From: Moraxella nasovis
GTDB taxonomy: Bacteria > Pseudomonadota > Gammaproteobacteria > Pseudomonadales > Moraxellaceae
Assembly: GCF_022701215.1 (NCBI RefSeq)
Contig: NZ_CP089976.1
Coordinates: 300,001-332,000, forward strand
Direction: 5' to 3'
DNA length: 32,000 nt
Each line of letters begins with the position of its first letter. The stretch's first letter is position 1. The notes under the pieces were generated by a model. It ran no database searches. It was not told the origin of the DNA and saw nothing but the letters and a program-made list of their open reading frames with translations. The translations under genes and the position numbers were made by a program. Shown piece after piece: positions 21,316 through 30,194 of this stretch.

Positions 21316-22038
21316 ATGAGTCGATTTTTTGTTGATTTGCCACTTACTGTCAATCAGTCGCTTACCTTGCCAGATGATGTTTATCACCATTGGTGCAAAG
21401 TGTTGCGTGCAAAAATCGGAGATGCAGCGACACTTTTTAACGGTCAAGGTGGCGAATATACCGCAGTCATTACAGACATTGATAAACGGCGTGCTGTCGT
21501 TATGCTCACCCATTTTAACCCAAATAATCGCACCACTTATCAGCACATCACCCTAGCTCAAGCGATGAGTAAGGGTGAACGCATGGACTATACTATCCAA
21601 AAAGCGTGCGAAATGGGCGTTTTTGCCATTCAACTCATCATCACTGAACGCTCAGAACGCCTGCGTTACGAAAGAGACCTTAAAAAACTCAGCCATTGGC
21701 AAGCGGTTGCCATTTCTGCTTGCGAGCAGTGTGGACTTAACATTATCCCTAAGATTCTACCGCCTGTTGAGCTAGATGAGTTTTTGGCAAATTGTCATGA
21801 TACACTTAAGCTTGTGATGGCGTTAAGTTCTGATAAGCACGTTTACACGCCTGCACCCCTACCTAATAGCATTAGTATTTTAATCGGTCCAGAGGGTGGG
21901 CTGTCTGAAAATGAAATCGCTAAGGCTTGCTCCCACGGGTTTTTAACGTGGACGTTAGGTGAACGGATTTTACGCACCGAGACAGCAGGCATCGTGACAA
22001 TGGCAAGTCTTTTTATGATTGATCATATGACTTCATGA
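21316..22038 (+). CDS. rsmE: 16S rRNA (uracil1498-N3)-methyltransferase
   Basis: 240 aa. MSRFFV N-terminus, HHWCKVLR, and the C-terminal SPOUT knot IGPEGGLSENE ... LGERILRTETA. Confidence 0.92.
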   Translation: MSRFFVDLPLTVNQSLTLPDDVYHHWCKVLRAKIGDAATLFNGQGGEYTAVITDIDKRRAVVMLTHFNPNNRTTYQHITLAQAMSKGERMDYTIQKACEMGVFAIQLIITERSERLRYERDLKKLSHWQAVAISACEQCGLNIIPKILPPVELDEFLANCHDTLKLVMALSSDKHVYTPAPLPNSISILIGPEGGLSENEIAKACSHGFLTWTLGERILRTETAGIVTMASLFMIDHMTS

Positions 22039-23111
22039 ATGCTAGCGAACCCATAAGAAAAATCATCCACATTGACATGGATGCATTTTTTGCTAGTGTT
22101 GAGCAGCGAGACAACCCCAGCTATCAAGGGAGACCGCTCATCGTTGGTGGCGACCCTAATGGGCGTGGCGTCGTCGCTGCTGCCAGTTATGAAGTGCGAG
22201 CCTTTGGCGTGCATTCGGCGATGAGTTGCTTTGAGGCAAAAAGGCGTTGCCCCCATGCCATTTTTGTGCGTCCCCGCTTTGAGGTGTATCGTGCGGTCAG
22301 CCGTGATATTCACACCATCATGCATAAACTTACCGATTTGGTTGAGCCATTATCGCTTGATGAGGCTTATCTTGATGTGACAGGTCGCCCTTTTTGTAAT
22401 GGTTCAGCCACACTTATGGCGGACTGGCTTCGTGGTCAAATCCATAAAAAGACAGGTCTAACTGCGTCAGCAGGTGTGTCTTTTAATAAAATGCTTGCCA
22501 AAATCGCAAGCGACATCAATAAGCCCAACGGCATTGCTGTTATCACACCCAAAGACGCCCCTGCTTTTATCGATGATTTACCCATCGAAAAATTCTTCGG
22601 CATTGGAAAATCATCTGCCAAAAGACTACATGAAATCGGCGTTACGCATGGTCGAGAGCTAAAAGCCTTATCACACATGCGTTTGGTAGAATTATTTGGT
22701 AATAAGCGTGGTACATTTTACCATCACATCGCCCATGGCATCGATGACAGAGAAGTTGTTTCAGATCGCATTCGTAAATCTGTTGGCACAGAGATAACTT
22801 TTAGCGAAAATAGCAGCGATGACCTATTTATACTTTCTCAAATTGCCGAACAAGCTTGCGAGGCTTTCACTCAGTTAACCGCCAAAAATTTACGTGCTTG
22901 CACAGTCACCCTTAAGCTAAAATACAGCGACTTTAGCCAAATCACACGCAGCCACTCTGTAAAAACCGCCTTTACTAATACCAAAAACATCATCGCTTGG
23001 CTACAAGAACTGTACTGGCACAGTCCACGCACTATGCCTGTTAGGTTGGTTGGCGTTACATTCTCAAACTTACAAGATAAAGACGATAGCGAGCAGTTGT
23101 CACTTTTTTGA
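22035..23111 (+). CDS. dinB: DNA polymerase IV (Y-family)
   Basis: 358 aa. IIHIDMDAFFASVEQRDNP, SLDEAYLDVT and SAGVSFNKMLAKIASD motifs. Its start overlaps the rsmE stop (ATGA). Confidence 0.95.
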   Translation: MNASEPIRKIIHIDMDAFFASVEQRDNPSYQGRPLIVGGDPNGRGVVAAASYEVRAFGVHSAMSCFEAKRRCPHAIFVRPRFEVYRAVSRDIHTIMHKLTDLVEPLSLDEAYLDVTGRPFCNGSATLMADWLRGQIHKKTGLTASAGVSFNKMLAKIASDINKPNGIAVITPKDAPAFIDDLPIEKFFGIGKSSAKRLHEIGVTHGRELKALSHMRLVELFGNKRGTFYHHIAHGIDDREVVSDRIRKSVGTEITFSENSSDDLFILSQIAEQACEAFTQLTAKNLRACTVTLKLKYSDFSQITRSHSVKTAFTNTKNIIAWLQELYWHSPRTMPVRLVGVTFSNLQDKDDSEQLSLF

Positions 23112-23376
23112 AGACGGTGGTATTTTAACAAACTATGCCCATGCTAAATTTTACGAGAAACTACCCTAGACAACTACCCCTAAATCCCTTTTAACCCATT
23201 ATTTTAATTGATATAATTAGATTTTAGGTTGCTGTTGTTAAAATGTCGTTCACATTCTTTTAAAAACAGATAAAAACACTTTTGAGTATCTATTAACCAA
23301 TTGGTGTTGTCTGCAAGTTTTTTAAAATAAAGTTTTCACAAAACCGCAAGCTTCATTATAGTTTAGAGCAGATAAC

Positions 23377-24054
23377 TTACGCCATCGCCCAGTCTTCGAT
23401 ACGCCAGCCATTTTTTATGGCGTGTTCACGCAAAACTGCATCAGGATTGACACAAATAGCATCATCTGCACGGCTTAGTAGTGGCAGATCATTTTTTGAA
23501 TCAGAATAAGCAATCAGACGATCAAAGGTTATGCCTGCTTGTTTTTTATCGTCAATGAACGCATCTAAGTGATAAATCTTACCATCTTTAAAATTAGGTC
23601 GTCCCAACACCTTACCCGTATATCGCCCATTGATAAACTCAAGTCTAGTTGCCAGCGTATGTTCGCTATCCACACCAAATAAAGCTGCGATCGGCACAAC
23701 GACAAAGTCATTGGTCGCACTGATTACCACAACCGTATCGCCCATTTGTCTATGCTTTGCAATGGCAGCTATCGCCTTAGGTCTCATAGCAGGCACGATC
23801 ACTTTTTGTAGATACTGCTTACGATATACATCCAACTCATCATACGTTTTAGTGGTTAAAAATGCTGCTACAAACTCATTATATTCCACCGCATCTAGCG
23901 TGCCATTAATATAATCTTGGTAGAATTTATCATTTGCATCAGCATAAATCTTGGCATCTACCAAGCCCTCTTGTACGATATATTGTCCCCAACTGTGGTC
24001 GCTATCCACATCTAATAAAGTCATATCTAAGTCAAATAATGCTAAATTTGCCAT
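23377..24054 (-). CDS. HAD-IB family hydrolase (SerB-like fold, substrate unknown)
   Basis: 225 aa. Motif I FDLDMTLL, motif II VVISAT, motif III/IV K...YSDSKNDLPLL. Confidence 0.85.
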   Translation of the reverse strand: MANLALFDLDMTLLDVDSDHSWGQYIVQEGLVDAKIYADANDKFYQDYINGTLDAVEYNEFVAAFLTTKTYDELDVYRKQYLQKVIVPAMRPKAIAAIAKHRQMGDTVVVISATNDFVVVPIAALFGVDSEHTLATRLEFINGRYTGKVLGRPNFKDGKIYHLDAFIDDKKQAGITFDRLIAYSDSKNDLPLLSRADDAICVNPDAVLREHAIKNGWRIEDWAMA

Positions 24055-24107
24055 CTTATTTACCTGTTATTAAGCTATGTGCCACACCGCTTAATTTACG
24101 AAAACTG

Positions 24108-24515
24108 TCATTGGTTGTGCTGTTTTTGGTGATCATCGCAAAAAAAATATCTTCGCCTAGGCTCAACCACATAAAAACTCATAAGCACCACGCCACCGAC
24201 GATATTTAAATACGTCGCCTTTGTTAAATAAGCTTGCCACAGCTGTTCTTGCTGGCTAATCGGCAGATGAATAGTAAGCTGCCATACGCCATCTATCTCG
24301 GTGGTGTTGATGTGGCAAAGCACAGGCTTAGTTACAATATGAAATAAAAGAGCCGCACTTAAGATGCTAAAAATCAACCACTGCCACCAAACTATCTGCC
24401 CCACCCATGCCAAAAAAGCACTAATCATAATCACCGATAACGCAAAGCCAATCGGCAACAGCACAAAACAAATTGGCGCACTGATGATAAGCTTATGTTT
24501 TGAAAAGCTTGTCAT
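24108..24515 (-). CDS. YgfX/CptA-like inner-membrane protein (assignment by size, topology and synteny)
   Basis: 135 aa. Two N-terminal TM helices and a soluble C-terminus, lying 27 bp downstream of sdhE as in the E. coli ygfY-ygfX pair. I cannot verify direct sequence similarity by eye. Confidence 0.5.
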   Translation of the reverse strand: MTSFSKHKLIISAPICFVLLPIGFALSVIMISAFLAWVGQIVWWQWLIFSILSAALLFHIVTKPVLCHINTTEIDGVWQLTIHLPISQQEQLWQAYLTKATYLNIVGGVVLMSFYVVEPRRRYFFCDDHQKQHNQ

Positions 24516-24542
24516 GAACGATACTATTTACACATATTTTAG

Positions 24543-24803
24543 TTATGCGTATTTTAGACGCTTCATCTTGTCGATAAGCTTACCCACTTCAACATCATCA
24601 GGATTTGCTTGACCCAAAAAAAACAGCAACAAATCAGGATCTTCATAGCTTAACAAGCGTACAAATGCCGCCTGCTCAACATCATCTGCAGATAAATAAT
24701 GATTTTTTACATAAGGATCGATATAAAAATCCAGTTCTTTTAGTCCACGTCTAGCCTGATAGATGATACGACGCTGTTCGATGGTTGGTTCGATGGTGCT
24801 CAT
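24543..24803 (-). CDS. sdhE: FAD assembly factor SdhE (YgfY/CptB family)
   Basis: 86 aa. RRIIYQARRGLKELDFYI carries the family RGxxE motif, and the downstream acidic DPDL segment also fits. Confidence 0.88.
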   Translation of the reverse strand: MSTIEPTIEQRRIIYQARRGLKELDFYIDPYVKNHYLSADDVEQAAFVRLLSYEDPDLLLFFLGQANPDDVEVGKLIDKMKRLKYA

Positions 24804-24892
24804 TTAGATTTATACCTTTTAGTTACTTATCACTTATCAAAGTAAGTTTAGTTATTAACACAAGATTTATCATTTCATCAATAATCATAAAT

Positions 24893-24920
24893 AAAGCCCT
24901 TAATACAGCGGGCTTTTTTA
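24893..24920 (-). terminator. Rho-independent terminator downstream of the phosphate transporter gene
   Basis: AAAGCCC (24893-24899) pairs with GGGCTTT (24910-24916) across a 10-nt loop. T/A runs flank both sides. It lies 16 bp beyond the stop at 24936. Confidence 0.65.
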
Positions 24921-24935
24921 ATGAGATGATCAAAT

Positions 24936-26528
24936 TTACATAACAGCCGATAAAATCACGAAAATTATCGCACTGATTGTTGCAGCTGCAGGCAAGGTAA
25001 TAACCCAAGCCAAGCCAATTGGACGCATAAGTTTCCAGTTGGTATTCTTATTCACAAGCCCAATACCCAGCACAGCCCCCACTAAGATATGCGTACTTGA
25101 TACAGGAATGCCAAGGCTTGACGCTCCCATCACGACAGCAGCAGCGGCAAGCTCGGCTGCAAACCCTGATGCTGGGTGCATTTCGGTAAGATTAGTGCCG
25201 ACAGTTTGGATAACTTCTTTGCCAATAAACCAAAGACCCACAATTAATGCCACACCAAAAGTGAGCATCACAGGTGCAGGCACACTTGCTTGAGCTTCAA
25301 TGGCGTTGTTACGAATCACATCCATAATTGCGACAAATGGTCCGACCGCATTAGCAATATCATTCGAGCCATGACTAAAGGCAAAAGCACACGCAGTGAA
25401 TACTTGCATCCAGCTAAACATAATAAATGTCGCCTTGCCAAGGTCTTCTTTATGCTTGCCACGAATGGTCTTCGTATACACAAAGGCTGTTAGCCAAACC
25501 ATCGCCCCAATCATTCCCATGACTAAGCTTGCGTGCAGATGCGATAAATCTAATCCTGTATTTTTTAATCCCTTAAACACCACCATTGCCGTCATGACAA
25601 TCGCTCCAAATGCGGCGATGAGTGGCACCCAAGTTTTTAGAGCCTTAAGGGTGTCAATCTGACTGCGTTCTTCATCTAATCTGTATAGCTGCTTATAATA
25701 GGCAGTCTCAAGCTCATCAATATGGCAATCATTATCCTTAAATGCCTCTTGGTCTCTTAATAATGCCGATGTATAAGGCAGTCTATCAGACTCTGATAAT
25801 GAGTCAAAATACTCTTTTTGTTCACGCTTGGCTTTTTTCTTACGCTCTTTGATGTCTTTGACGATGATTTCTTTTTCTTCGTTATACGCCAAGATATTTC
25901 GCTTGATTAACCCATAAAGCACATAGGACAATGCACCACCTAAGACAGGCGAGATAATCCACGACGTTGCGATTTCACCGATTTTTGACCATTTTATAGT
26001 AGAAAAAGCAACGTCTATACCACCAATGGTTGTACCAAGCACGATGGATGATCCGACAATACCACCAATGATGGCGTGCGTGGTAGATACTGGTAGACCT
26101 TTTTTGGTAGCAAAAAGCAACCAAAATGCTGCTGCTACCAATGCGGATAACATCAAATAGATGAACTGATTTGGGGTTACGCCCAAGTCGCTAATATCTA
26201 CAATACCACTTCTAATCGTATCTGTAACAGCAGCCCCAGCAAGCACCGCACCTGACACTTCAAAGATGGCAGCCACTGCCAAAGCCTGAGTAACGGTCAG
26301 CGTCCCTGCCCCCACAGAAGTGCCAAATGAATTGGCGACATCATTACCACCGACGTTAAACGCCATAAAAATACCAAAGAAAGTCGCCACCATAAATAGT
26401 GCAACTTGCTGATGTAGTGTATATTCCATACCCCACATCACAAAATACAAACTCATCCCTGCCAGCAACAATCCAAAAAATAGGTTAGCTGCTAAAGGGG
26501 TTGATTGTTTTGCTGATGAATTTGCCAT
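24936..26528 (-). CDS. pitA: Inorganic phosphate transporter, PiT (PHO4) family
   Basis: 530 aa. Duplicated GGNDVANSFGTSVG and HGSNDIANAVGP signatures, separated by a charged cytoplasmic loop. Confidence 0.92.
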   Translation of the reverse strand: MANSSAKQSTPLAANLFFGLLLAGMSLYFVMWGMEYTLHQQVALFMVATFFGIFMAFNVGGNDVANSFGTSVGAGTLTVTQALAVAAIFEVSGAVLAGAAVTDTIRSGIVDISDLGVTPNQFIYLMLSALVAAAFWLLFATKKGLPVSTTHAIIGGIVGSSIVLGTTIGGIDVAFSTIKWSKIGEIATSWIISPVLGGALSYVLYGLIKRNILAYNEEKEIIVKDIKERKKKAKREQKEYFDSLSESDRLPYTSALLRDQEAFKDNDCHIDELETAYYKQLYRLDEERSQIDTLKALKTWVPLIAAFGAIVMTAMVVFKGLKNTGLDLSHLHASLVMGMIGAMVWLTAFVYTKTIRGKHKEDLGKATFIMFSWMQVFTACAFAFSHGSNDIANAVGPFVAIMDVIRNNAIEAQASVPAPVMLTFGVALIVGLWFIGKEVIQTVGTNLTEMHPASGFAAELAAAAVVMGASSLGIPVSSTHILVGAVLGIGLVNKNTNWKLMRPIGLAWVITLPAAATISAIIFVILSAVM

Positions 26529-26890
26529 AAATCCGCCAAAAATTTGGGTTTAAACTGTGTCAAAATTGCATGCCAATCACAGCAGATGCAAAAATTTTAA
26601 TGCACCAACGGCTAAAGTCTTAAATAACTAAGGCGTCACTAAATAATGCCGAACGTATCACACAGACAGTCAGTATTTGGCTGACAATTTTACCACAATT
26701 AGCAACAATTTTTTAAGATATTGTTTGAAAATTAGACGCCAAAACAGAAAAATCCCATTTTTACCGCCTTTATTGGTCTTTTTGATAATTTTATCCTTAA
26801 TTGGCATTTTGCTCATACATTTATACTTGTGTTTATGATATGATAGATTGATTTTAAATCCATAATTTGACACAACAATAAGGGCATATT

Positions 26891-27763
26891 ATGAGCCAGC
26901 AATCTGATAACGAATTTACAAACCCAAATATCCTACCTACGGGCACACCACAAGGACAGTCTAAATTACAAACGCCAAAAGGTGAAACACCGACAAATAA
27001 TAACTATTCTGACCATGTTGGTGAGACCACTCACTTTGGCTATCAGACGGTTAATGCCCACGAAAAACAACAAAAAGTTGCAGAAGTTTTCACTTCTGTT
27101 GCCAAAAAATACGACATTATGAATGATTTGATGAGTTTTGGCATTCATCGGTTATGGAAGCGTTTTGCCATCGGTTTAACTGGCGTACGCACAGGTCAAA
27201 GCGTACTTGATATAGCAGGTGGTACAGGCGACTTGGCGAAAGTATTTAGCCGAGAAGTAGGCAAGACAGGACGTGTAATCTTGTCAGATATTAACGAAGC
27301 AATGCTTAATGTCGGACGTGAACGCCTAATTAACGCTGGCTGTAATAATGTTGATTTTGTACTCGCCAATGCAGAAACACTAACCCCATTTGATGATAAT
27401 AGCTTTGATTTGGTAACTATTAGCTTTGGACTTAGAAATGTAACCGATAAGCAAAAAGCCTTAGAGTCTATGTTTCGTGTGCTAAAACCAGGTGGACGAC
27501 TGCTTGTGCTTGAGTTCTCAAAGCCAATTTTTGAATCTTTATCAAAGGCTTATGACTTATACTCTTTTACCGCCCTACCACTAATGGGGAAAGTTATCGC
27601 TAATGACGCTGATAGCTACCAATACCTAGCAGAATCTATTCGCATGCACCCTGACCAAGCCACCTTAAAAGGTATGATGGAACAAGCTGGCTTTGTAAAT
27701 TGTGATTATCACAACCTAACAGGCGGTATCGTTGCTGTACACCGTGGGTTTAAGCCACATTAA
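26891..27763 (+). CDS. ubiE: Demethylmenaquinone/ubiquinone C-methyltransferase UbiE with about 40-aa low-complexity N-terminal extension
   Basis: [28 protein letters not shown], the [12 protein letters not shown] motif and FGLRNV. There is no in-frame ATG between 26891 and the conserved core. Confidence 0.93.
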   Translation: MSQQSDNEFTNPNILPTGTPQGQSKLQTPKGETPTNNNYSDHVGETTHFGYQTVNAHEKQQKVAEVFTSVAKKYDIMNDLMSFGIHRLWKRFAIGLTGVRTGQSVLDIAGGTGDLAKVFSREVGKTGRVILSDINEAMLNVGRERLINAGCNNVDFVLANAETLTPFDDNSFDLVTISFGLRNVTDKQKALESMFRVLKPGGRLLVLEFSKPIFESLSKAYDLYSFTALPLMGKVIANDADSYQYLAESIRMHPDQATLKGMMEQAGFVNCDYHNLTGGIVAVHRGFKPH

Positions 27764-27764
27764 T

Positions 27765-28220
27765 ATGCTAAGCACTTTTATTCTAGCAAGCATCGAAAAA
27801 CTCATCAATACCGCCATTGATACGAGTACTACCAGCCGCTTTGATTTAATCGTCTTAACTAACAAGGTTTTGCGAGTGTCATTAGTAAAGCCAGACATAC
27901 AGATCGATGTGGTATTTGGGGCTGAGCATATTCGCTTTGAGCCTGTTCGTAGTGCCATTTTTGAGCCTAAGCCTTATGATTTAATCACTCTACCTGACTG
28001 CACCTTACACATCAAAACCCCCAGTGAACTCATCACTGTTTTTAGAACACACCTGGATGATTTGAATTGGGAGTGCATTAAGGGTGATGAGCAAGTTTTT
28101 GTGAATGCTTACTACTTATTTAAAAATATTGATATTTTAAATCTAACAGATATTTTGAACGATTTTCAGACTAGTAGTGCTTATAAGCTACTAGATAAAA
28201 TCTTAAAATCAACCACATAG
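27765..28220 (+). CDS. ubiJ: Ubiquinone biosynthesis accessory factor UbiJ (SCP2-like)
   Basis: 151 aa. ASIEKLINTAI and NKVLRVSLV resemble E. coli UbiJ. It sits between ubiE and ubiB. The ATG at 27765 is 1 bp after the ubiE stop, so I reject the ORF-track start at 27732. Confidence 0.8.
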   Translation: MLSTFILASIEKLINTAIDTSTTSRFDLIVLTNKVLRVSLVKPDIQIDVVFGAEHIRFEPVRSAIFEPKPYDLITLPDCTLHIKTPSELITVFRTHLDDLNWECIKGDEQVFVNAYYLFKNIDILNLTDILNDFQTSSAYKLLDKILKSTT

Positions 28221-28232
28221 CAAAATTAAACC

Positions 28233-29864
28233 ATGCTCATCTCTCATCGTAAACGCCTGCTTGCACTTTACCGAATCGCCGCCAAGTATCGCTTGGATAC
28301 ACACCTTAAGGATGTGCCAGAGCTTGCTCCTTTGGCACGCTTAATTCGCCTGCATCCTGCAAGCATTGGCAAATCTCACCACCCACTTGGGCTAAAACTT
28401 GCTCTTGAAGAAATGGGTACGCTGTTTTTAAAATTAGGTCAGCTACTATCAACTCGTGCCGACTTATTACCCCCTAAGATTATCGCTCAGCTGTCTTTAT
28501 TACAAGATAAAGTTGCCCCTTTTGACATCACCACCGCCACCTGTCAAATTGAAGACATGAAAATTGGGCTTGGTAAGCCAATTCATGAAATTTTTGCTCG
28601 GTTTGATGAAGTGCCGCTTGCTGCTGCCAGCATTGCCCAAGTTCATACAGCTGCACTGCATGACGGTAAAGAGGTAGTGGTTAAAGTAGTTCGCCCAAAC
28701 CTTAGAGCAGGCATCATTAATGATTTTGAGCTTTTGCGTGATATGGCAAGCTGGCTTTCAGCAAGAACTGAGGCGGCACGCTCTATTCACCTAATTGACA
28801 TCGTAGAAGACTATCGTCAAATCATGCTTAATGAGCTAGATTTGACGCTAGAAGCGAGCAATGCTATGCGTATGCGTAGCAACTTTGAGGGTTCAAAGCT
28901 AATCTATGTGCCACAAGTGTATATCGCAAAACCTGCAGTTATGGTCTCTGAGCGAATCAGTGGCATACCCATTGATGAGACGAATGAATTTGACAAGCTT
29001 GGCTATGATCGAGCCACCCTTGCCAAAAATGGCTTAACCATCTTTTTTACTCAAGTATTTCGGGATAACTTTTTTCATGCCGATATGCACCCAGGTAATA
29101 TCTTTGTAGAAACACTGCCAGATGGGCAAGCGGTAGAAAACCCTAGATATCTAGGCTTAGACTGTGCCATCATGGGACAGCTCTCCAAAGATGATCAGCT
29201 GATTGTTGCTCGCATGCTATTATCGGTCATGAATGGCAATTACCCTATGCTGGTTGATATCATCTCACAAGCTGGGTGGATTCCGCCATCTGCTGACAAG
29301 CATGCCTTGATAACTGATATGGCACGCACTGTCAGTCCCATGGTTTCTAAGCCGATGAGCGAGCTTGATTTTGCAGGGATTTTATTTGAAATTCTAAATA
29401 TCGCACGTCGCCATCGCATGACCATTCCGCCACAGCTTATGCTACTTTTAAAGACACTCGTTCATGTCGAAGGCTTAGGGCGTGATTTATACCCCAACCT
29501 TGATATTTGGTCACTTGCTAAGCCAATTTTAACCGCTTGGGTGCGTGAGCAGCTAGATCCTGTTAAAAATCTCCAAGAAATTAAAGATCAACTACCAGAA
29601 CTACTCCTTTCCACCACCGACTTGCCTAAACTACTAAATCAAAGTGTGCAGTCTTTAGCAGCATTAGGAGCTAGACAAGATGAGCAGCTGCGTGAACTAC
29701 AAGCACTGCGTGGCGATATTTTAAACAATAAACGCTACGACTGGATTGCTGTGGGTGGATTTTTTGTGTGCCTTGCCATCGGCATGACAGTGCCTATTTG
29801 GTGGGCTGGAATTATTTTTGAGCTTCTAGCGGTAATATTTATTATATGGCGTGTATTTTTATAA
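28233..29864 (+). CDS. ubiB: Ubiquinone biosynthesis regulatory protein kinase UbiB (ABC1/ADCK family)
   Basis: 543 aa. FLKLGQLLSTRADLLP, AAASIAQVHTA, DFHADMHPGNIF, and C-terminal TM helices. Confidence 0.95.
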   Translation: MLISHRKRLLALYRIAAKYRLDTHLKDVPELAPLARLIRLHPASIGKSHHPLGLKLALEEMGTLFLKLGQLLSTRADLLPPKIIAQLSLLQDKVAPFDITTATCQIEDMKIGLGKPIHEIFARFDEVPLAAASIAQVHTAALHDGKEVVVKVVRPNLRAGIINDFELLRDMASWLSARTEAARSIHLIDIVEDYRQIMLNELDLTLEASNAMRMRSNFEGSKLIYVPQVYIAKPAVMVSERISGIPIDETNEFDKLGYDRATLAKNGLTIFFTQVFRDNFFHADMHPGNIFVETLPDGQAVENPRYLGLDCAIMGQLSKDDQLIVARMLLSVMNGNYPMLVDIISQAGWIPPSADKHALITDMARTVSPMVSKPMSELDFAGILFEILNIARRHRMTIPPQLMLLLKTLVHVEGLGRDLYPNLDIWSLAKPILTAWVREQLDPVKNLQEIKDQLPELLLSTTDLPKLLNQSVQSLAALGARQDEQLRELQALRGDILNNKRYDWIAVGGFFVCLAIGMTVPIWWAGIIFELLAVIFIIWRVFL

Positions 29865-29893
29865 TTAAATTGCAGTTAATCTAAAAAAAATGC

Positions 29894-29921
29894 TTGACGA
29901 ATGCCATAAAATCTATATAAT
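29894..29921 (+). promoter_or_regulatory. Strong sigma70-type promoter for tRNA-Leu (TTGACG, 16-bp spacer, TATAAT)
   Basis: TTGACG at 29894-29899, preceded by an A-tract (UP-like). TATAAT at 29916-29921, about 33 bp upstream of the tRNA 5' end. Confidence 0.65.
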
Positions 29922-29954
29922 GTCCTGCCATAAGCAATTAGCTTAGCCACTTAT

Positions 29955-30041
29955 GCCAGTGTGGTGAAATTGGTAGACACGACGGATTCAAAATCCGTTG
30001 CCTTTAAAAGCGTGTCGGTTCGAGTCCGACCACTGGTACCA
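29955..30041 (+). tRNA. tRNA-Leu (anticodon CAA), type II with long variable arm, CCA encoded
   Basis: Manual cloverleaf: acceptor GCCAGTG/CACTGGT, anticodon stem ACGGA/TCCGT with loop TTCAAAA, T-arm GTCGG-TTCGAGT-CCGAC, and a 3' ACCA. Confidence 0.93.
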
Positions 30042-30080
30042 TTATGCTTTTTTAAAGCATTTCAAAAAAGCAAAAAATAG

Positions 30081-30118
30081 CCCCAAAGCCCCATAATATA
30101 AAGGTTTTGGGGTTTTTT
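30081..30118 (+). terminator. Hairpin plus T-run downstream of tRNA-Leu
   Basis: CCCCAAA (30081-30087) pairs with TTTGGGG (30106-30112), followed by TTTTTT. The loop is large. A second 7-bp hairpin, ATGCTTT/AAAGCAT, lies at 30044-30060. Confidence 0.5.
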
Positions 30119-30194
30119 GTTATCTTAACGTTGTTGCATGGCTGTTCAAATTGTTGCATAATCCTAGTACCTATTTTAGTACCCAAAAATTTTC

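Noticed and set aside
23112-23376. 265-bp convergent intergenic gap between dinB and the HAD hydrolase gene as a possible sRNA or small-ORF locus
   Set aside because: It holds only trivial ORFs (fewer than 12 codons). I found no stable hairpin, promoter-terminator pair or repeat.
24823-25008. 61-aa ORF overlapping the 3' end of the phosphate transporter gene and its terminator
   Set aside because: It spans the terminator hairpin and the pit stop region on the same strand in another frame, so it is implausible as an independent gene.
26670-26873. 67-aa Lys-rich ORF on the minus strand in the pit/ubiE intergenic region
   Set aside because: Its composition simply mirrors the AT-rich intergenic DNA (AAA/AAT codons). 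I found no Shine-Dalgarno and recognised no family, so it is probably not coding.
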